Part shown: in pieces, positions 32,620 through 36,668 of the stretch
Layout of the letters: the number at the start of each line of letters is the position of its first letter
Position numbering within the stretch: the first letter of the stretch is position 1
Translations under genes and position numbers: made by a program
Notes under the pieces: generated by a model
Told to the model about the DNA's origin: nothing
The model's database searches: none
What the model saw: only the letters and a program-made list of their open reading frames with translations
DNA from: Intoshia linei
Taxonomy: Eukaryota; Animalia; Orthonectida
Assembly: GCA_001642005.1 (NCBI GenBank)
Contig: LWCA01000251.1
Coordinates: 1 to 36,668 of the forward strand
Direction: 5' to 3'
DNA length: 36,668 bases

Positions 32620-35600
32620 ATGCAAGATACAAATATTGACTATGTTGACTTTTCGGTAAACATTTATTAATGAAATTTTTTTAATGTTTTAATAAATTTT
32701 AGACTACTAAATATCCACATTTATCTGTTAGATCTCTTGAAAAGGCAACATTTTTAGCTAAAGCTGACGTTTTAGCTTTATCAAAGGTTTGTTTTACTAA
32801 ATATCCAGGAAAGGTGTGTAATGATACATTTAAATTACAGTTTACTTGATTGATATTTTTTTACATTGAAATATTTTAGCTTGATGAAAGTATTTCAATT
32901 GAATCTTCAGGTTTTGATAGTAATCTCTGTTTAATTTTATTTTTAGTTGAATCTATAATGATTAGTGAACCAAATAATGAAATTTACTTTATCAAAATTT
33001 CGGATAGTTTGCAAAACTTGGAATTTATGTTGGAAGGGCTAAAACAAGAAATAAATAACGGTATAATTTATTCAATTTTATAATGATTAAGCTACATAAT
33101 GTACTGATTTTTAATTGATTAAAATAATTTTGTATTTTAGATGTTTCTATAAACGAAAACAAGGAAAAATCTACTGGAAAGATTGATGAATTTATAGCTC
33201 ATAAACGACGATATTTATATTCAATTAATAATAATATTAACGAATGTGAAAATGAGTTGCAGACATTTGACAAATTAACCGTTTGTTTTAGTATTATCAT
33301 TTTAACATTAAATAACTCATACTTTGTAAATTTTTTGAGTTTTTCGTAATTTAAAAAAATTTTCGTGGACCCAGAGCCATATTAATTAGTAGGTTCATAT
33401 TGATTACTTGGTCAAATTTCATTTAATAATTTTGTAGAATCAACATTTAAGAAAATTTGAAATTACTATAAATAAACTGTCACGATTTATCATGATGATT
33501 ACAAAACAAATCGATTACATTTCAATTCTATCTGTTCCTTTTTTGATGTTTCTTTCTTCAATATTCAAAACCTGCCTTTCTGTTAAAAATTGGATATATC
33601 AATTGAGTAACAATTTACATGTTAAAAAAGTTAGAAATATGAATCAAATAACGTGTTGTTTTTTATTTAATCAAAACTGGATAAATAATATGAAATTATG
33701 GATGGAAAATTTATACATATTTCAGGTACTTTTTATCATTTTACATTTTAAACTCAACATTCCATTTTTACATGTTATAGAATCGTAAAGAAACTAAATA
33801 TGTACCAACTAAAAAATTGATTAAAAAGAAAATGATATCTCGACCAGTCAAAAAATCTAATGGGTATTTTTATGTGCTTTTGTTTTAATTTTCTTTTCGA
33901 CAGGTTAGTTATTATAAAACAAATGAAAAGTGTTCAAAATAGATTAATTAGTCAGTATGTACCTTTGCTAAAATCTGTAAATGAAATTAAGGTTAGTTTT
34001 TATTTCTTTTTGTCAGAATCTCTCTTTCTACAATTCGTAGTTCGATAATTTTGGGATTTGGCGTAATTTTTTTGATTTTTGTTTTAGATAATAATATAGG
34101 GGATTTATTAACTATAGAACTGGTGATTAATTAATTATATATTGTATTTTATTTTAGACAATGCTAAATGATAATTTAAAAGTGAATCGACAAAAGGTAT
34201 ATTCCTGATTCTTTGGATTAATTATAATTATATTTGCTCATTTAACTATTATTAACATTGTAAACATCCTTTAGGTCCCAAAGGTGGACATAAAAAAAGT
34301 ATCTAAATCAGTCAGTACATTTAAGCAAGTCGATAAAATTATTGTTGATAATAAAGCCAGTAAACCTCTTAATGCAAAACAAAATAAAACGCTGATAAAA
34401 ACAAAAACTCAAGATTTGCAAGCCATTTGTAAAAATTTACATAGAAATGAAAAAAATGCTAGTATTAATAAAAGACGAGCACATTATTTGGATGAGTAAT
34501 AATTATATTTCTTATAGAGGTGGCCCATCAAGTGCCTATCCTTTTTTAATTTCATCCCTTTTTATTAATCAAGCGAAACGTCAAAATTGTGGTCCCAATT
34601 AGTTTGCCATTTTTTGGGATAATTGTGTTAAAATTTGTACCTTTCTTGTATCTTGTGTATACAAAAAAGTATTTCTGTACACAACAGAACCTACCATACT
34701 TCAGCCACGAATATCAAAAATAGGCTCATTAAAATTTTAAAAGATATTAATATTTATGACCATTCCACGGATCTGGACTGGACAGTTGTGGTAGTGAAAA
34801 CGTATTTTTTTAAATAATCAATTTGGAAAAATTAGAGTCACATTTTACAACATTTTGTAGAACCTGTCTCGGTACGGTAGGTTCGACTATGTTTGTACCC
34901 ACCCTTTTTATGTTTTAGACAATTTTCACGCTGGATCATTGTCATACTTTTTCTATACAGTTAAACTTGTCAATAATGATTTTTTGTAAAATTGTGACTA
35001 CGGCATTGTAAAGATTGTGGATTTTAATTATAATGACTTTAGTAAATCCATACTTTACGTATTCATTGTTCCATTTGCGAATTTTTTGCATATATCAATA
35101 TACACTTATTTGAGTGATAAAATACGTTTAATTAGATTTTTTGATTCAAATTTTAAAAAATAAGAATAGTTTTTCCAGCACCCCTAGGGGTGCTAGTACC
35201 CCCGGTTAAGAAACCCTGTTCTAGAGTTTTAGAGATAAAATTTTTATTAACGGAATTTTTGGTTTCTACAAATTTGTTAAAAAAAATAAATAATTCAAAA
35301 TTCCGTTAATAATGAGTCTAAGACTGTACTATTATAAATATTAAAATAATTATTTATTATAATAAGATAAAATTAACTTTATTATTCAGACATTTCTTAA
35401 AATGTTGAAAATCTTTTAAAATCATGAAATGTTTAATAGTGAATATGTCAAAAATGTGACATAAGGTTCATTATTGACGAGTCTGACTGTATTGATTTAT
35501 AAAAGCGGTGCAGTGCGTTAGTTAATCTATTTTTTCGACTCACCCCTACTTTTTTATTTTGGTTGTTAGTTTCTTTCCTGATAAGTACAGTTTGATTCAC

Positions 35601-35780
35601 AATAATTATGCTGATGATGAAGAAACTGATGTATACAATGATGATGTAGTTTCAATTATAGTTTTTAGAATGTGTGCCGATTTGTTGTCTGAAACCATAT
35701 CAGAAATTGCTGATGAACTATCAAAAAATATAGACGAAATTACGGAATTGATTTTGTTTAGTGAATTTTACAAAAAATGA
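32620..35780 (+). CDS. KIAA0753: Moonraker/KIAA0753 (OFIP)-like centriolar protein, ~450 aa; exons 32620-32655, 32703-32813, 32880-32910, 32947-33060, 33141-33280, 33438-33725, 33781-33863, 33904-33991, 34158-34196, 34275-34495, 35570-35780
   Basis: Eleven GT-AG exons join in one open frame (1362 nt). The N-terminal LSVRSLEKATFLAKADV and C-terminal DLLSETISEIADELSKNIDEITELILFSEFY resemble the recalled Moonraker motifs ISQERLSYAVHLARRDV and [31 protein letters not shown]. The start site and a possible extra exon at 34088-34122 are uncertain. Confidence 0.7.
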
Positions 35781-35913
35781 TTGTATGTAAATATTAAAAT
35801 TATATGTAGATTTGAAACGAGTTGATTTGTAGATCAATACAATTGTGTTGTCAAACAAAGTAAAGTGTTGTAAAACTTTTTCATTTTCCTAAGTAACGAT
35901 TCTTATATAATTA

Positions 35914-36300
35914 TCCTTACTTATATAAAGTGAAATGGCTAAAATGTATGTCTATTTATTTAAGAAAATAAAGGGAGTCGAGTTTTACAAATTCCATATT
36001 TCTATGACAGTTTTACAGAGTGATTTATTATATCGGCCAAAACCCCAAATTAACCTCTTTTGTAAAAATTAAGAAAGCCCTAGAATTTTATACAAACAAT
36101 AAATATGAAATAATTAACTGTCGTACAATTAAAAAAGATTATTCTGATACATCTTATTTCAGTTAATATAAATACAAAATTTCAACCCAGAAATCTACGA
36201 ATTTTCAGTGAAAAATTTTTAATATATTATCAACCAATATTTTTCAAACTTAATTTCTGAAAATGAAATTTGCGACAACTCGAAAAATTAATAGAAATAT
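35914..36300 (+). mobile_element. Helitron-like element, 5' portion
   Basis: A|TCCTTACTTATATAAAG 5' end. 36105-36250 is collinear with 480-640. Confidence 0.65.
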
Positions 36301-36668
36301 AGATTTTTTAAAACACTCTTCTTACTTTCTTAAATAAATTACAATGTACTTTATAAAAGTATATGCTTTATCGCAAATTGAGTCCTCCCTAATTTATTAA
36401 AATAAAATGTTAATATGGGGATTGGTCTTTTTCCTGTGAGCGATTAATTGGATTTGAATCAACAATTTTGTTACATCCAATATGGTATTGTTGTTTAATT
36501 TTATTTATATTGTTCAGCAATATTTTCAACATTGTCATTCACTTGAAGAAATTCATGTACATTAGGGTGTCAACATTTTACATTTTTTTAGATTTTGCTT
36601 TCCACTCAGGGCTCATTCGGTTCACATCAATAAATTATTAAGAATGGCTCAATTTTAATATATATAAT

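Overview
Very AT-rich eukaryotic (metazoan) genomic DNA with spliced genes and many 34-40 nt micro-introns. The style suggests a highly derived, compact-genome invertebrate such as an orthonectid, but this is inference only. Manual exon assembly gives: an orphan Lys/Asn-rich gene (1632-2374, +); NADH-cytochrome b5 reductase (8648-9949, +), convergent with mitochondrial ribosomal protein uL15m/MRPL15 (10092-12197, -); a 7-exon, ~2238-aa filamin (13198-25265, -) with a 4.7-kb exon; a RAM/RAMAC-like cap-methyltransferase activator missed by the ORF track (31515-32038, -), with a duplicated terminal exon ~3.4 kb downstream; and, head-to-head with it, a strongly shortened Moonraker/KIAA0753-like centriolar gene (32620-35780, +). 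Intergenic DNA and long introns contain many non-autonomous Helitron-like copies, hAT-type MITEs and two inverted hAT transposase 3' remnants. Several decayed, exon-like ORFs are also present. One encodes a membrane-protein-like product and lies between collinear Helitron halves inside a filamin intron (candidate gene capture). All protein identifications come from recalled motifs, not database searches.
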